From: Euglena gracilis
Lineage: Eukaryota
Direction of reading: 5' to 3'
Length of the DNA: 64,000 nt
NCBI GenBank assembly: GCA_039621445.1
Contig: CP154954.1
Coordinates: forward strand, 28,985,837-29,049,836
The notes under the pieces were generated by a model. That model saw nothing but the letters and a program-made list of their open reading frames with translations. It made no database searches and was not told the origin of the DNA. The translations under genes were made by a program, and so were the position numbers. Each line of letters opens with the position of its first letter. Position 1 is the first letter of the stretch. Positions 62,501 through 64,000 of the stretch are shown piece after piece.

Positions 62501-64000
62501 GTTTCATGATTGTCGTGGTTTAATGGTAAGAAAAACATGCAGCCGGAAGGTTGGTTGCAAGAAATGAGCACACTTAGATGGGTGCATTCGACCATTCCGG
62601 GGGACATTTACCAGGTCAGCCCAGGTTACCATGTAAAAATGGACCAAATTGGGCCTTACTCCGAGTAACCGAATGGGTGTTCCAGGAGGCCTCCAAAGTC
62701 AGGGGACCCGTTGGTTTCATGATTGTCGTGGTTTAATGGTAAGAAAAACATGCAGCCGGAAGGTTGGTTGCAAGAAGTAGCACATTTAGATGGGTGCATT
62801 CGACCATTCCGGGGGACATTTACCAGGTCAGCCCAGGTTACCATGTAAAAATGGACCAAATTGGGCCTTACTCCGAGTAACCGAATGGGTGTTCCAGGAG
62901 GCCTCCAAAGTCAGGGGACCCGTTGGTTTCATGATTGTTGTGGTTTAATGGTAAGAAAAACATGCAGCGGGAATGTTGGTTGCAAGAAATGAGCACACTT
63001 AGATGGGTGCATTCGACCATTCCGGGGGACATTTACCAGGTCAGCCCAGGTTACCATGTAAAAATGGACCAAATTGGGCCTTACTCCGAGTAACCGAATG
63101 GGTGTTCCAGGAGGCCTCCAAAGTCAGGGGACCCGTTGGTTTCATGATTGTCGTGGTTTAATGGTAAGAAAAACATGCAGCGGGAATGTTGGTTGCAAGA
63201 AATGAGCAGATTTAGATGGGTGCATTCGACCATTCCGGGGGACATTTACCAGGTCAGCCCAGGTTACCATGAAAAAATGGACCAAATTGGGCCTTACTTC
63301 GAGTAACCGAATGGGTGTTCCAGGAGGCCTCCAAAGTCAGGGGACCCGTTGGTTTCATGATTGTCGTGGTTTAATGGTAAGAAAAACATGCAGCCGGAAG
63401 GTTGGTTTCAAGAAATAAGCACACTTAGATGGGTGCATTCGACCATTCCGGGGGAAATTTACCAGGTCAGCCCAGGTTACCATGTAAAACCGGACCAAAT
63501 TGGGCCTTACTCCGAGTAACCGAATGGGTGTTCCAGGAGGCCTCCAAAGTCAGGGGACCCGTTGGTTTCATGATTGTCGTGGTTTAATGGTAAGAAAAAC
63601 ATGCAGCGGGAATGTTGGTTGCAAGAAATGAGCACACTTAGATGGGTGCATTCAACCATTCCGGGGGACGTTTACCAGGTCAGCCCAGGTTACCATGCAA
63701 AAATGGACCAAATTGGGCCTTACTCCGAGTAACCGAATGGGTGTTCCAGGAGGCCTCCAAAGTCAGGGGACCCGTTGGTTTCATGATTGTCGTGGTTTAA
63801 TGGTAAGAAAAACATGCAGCCGGAAGGTTGGTTGCAAGAAATGAGCACATTTAGTTGGGTGCATTCGACCATTCCGGGGGACATTTACCAGGTCAGCCCA
63901 GGTTACCATGCAAAAATGGACCAAATTGGGCCTTACTCCGAGTAACCGAATGGGTGTTCCAGGAGGCCTCCAAAGCCAGGGGACCCGTTGGTTTCATGAT
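47515..64000. repeat. Satellite DNA array, 213-bp monomer, ~77 copies, runs off the window
   Basis: ACCAAATTGGGCCTTACTCCGAG recurs at 47515, 47728, 47941 and so on. Highly homogeneous. Confidence 0.98.

Noticed and set aside
47515-64000. CRISPR array or tandem small-protein/RNA genes
   Set aside because: No unique spacers. ORFs appear only in monomers with indels. No recognisable 5S, SL, tRNA or snRNA sequence.

Overview
Repeat-saturated eukaryotic DNA, very probably from a euglenid (inferred from the intron type). (1) 1-30.5 kb is a retrotransposon stack. Two near-identical, tail-to-tail copies of a CRE/SLACS-like non-LTR element (RT + zinc finger + restriction-like endonuclease) are separated by nested TIR/MITE repeats. 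The longer copy encodes three 2A/StopGo motifs, two of which bracket a Dam-like N6-adenine DNA methyltransferase domain. It is interrupted at a GATC site by a complete 13.5-kb Ty3/Gypsy chromovirus (1.1-kb LTRs, PBS, PPT, 4-bp TSD). That element carries a cytosine-5 DNA methyltransferase in frame with pol, plus an extra zinc-knuckle ORF. A fragment of a second CRE-like family follows. (2) 31-47 kb holds two paralogous RRM RNA-binding genes on the minus strand. Their exons can be joined only through non-GT/AG, terminally base-paired introns (CAG at +4..6, CTG at -8..-6). The region also has a 3.75-kb palindrome duplicating the 3' end of one gene, and several CAG...CTG-ended MITEs with 7-8 bp TSDs. 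(3) 47.5-64 kb is a 213-bp satellite array running off the window. Most ORFs in the supplied track are spurious (homopolymer, repeat or antisense frames). All alignments and translations were done by eye.
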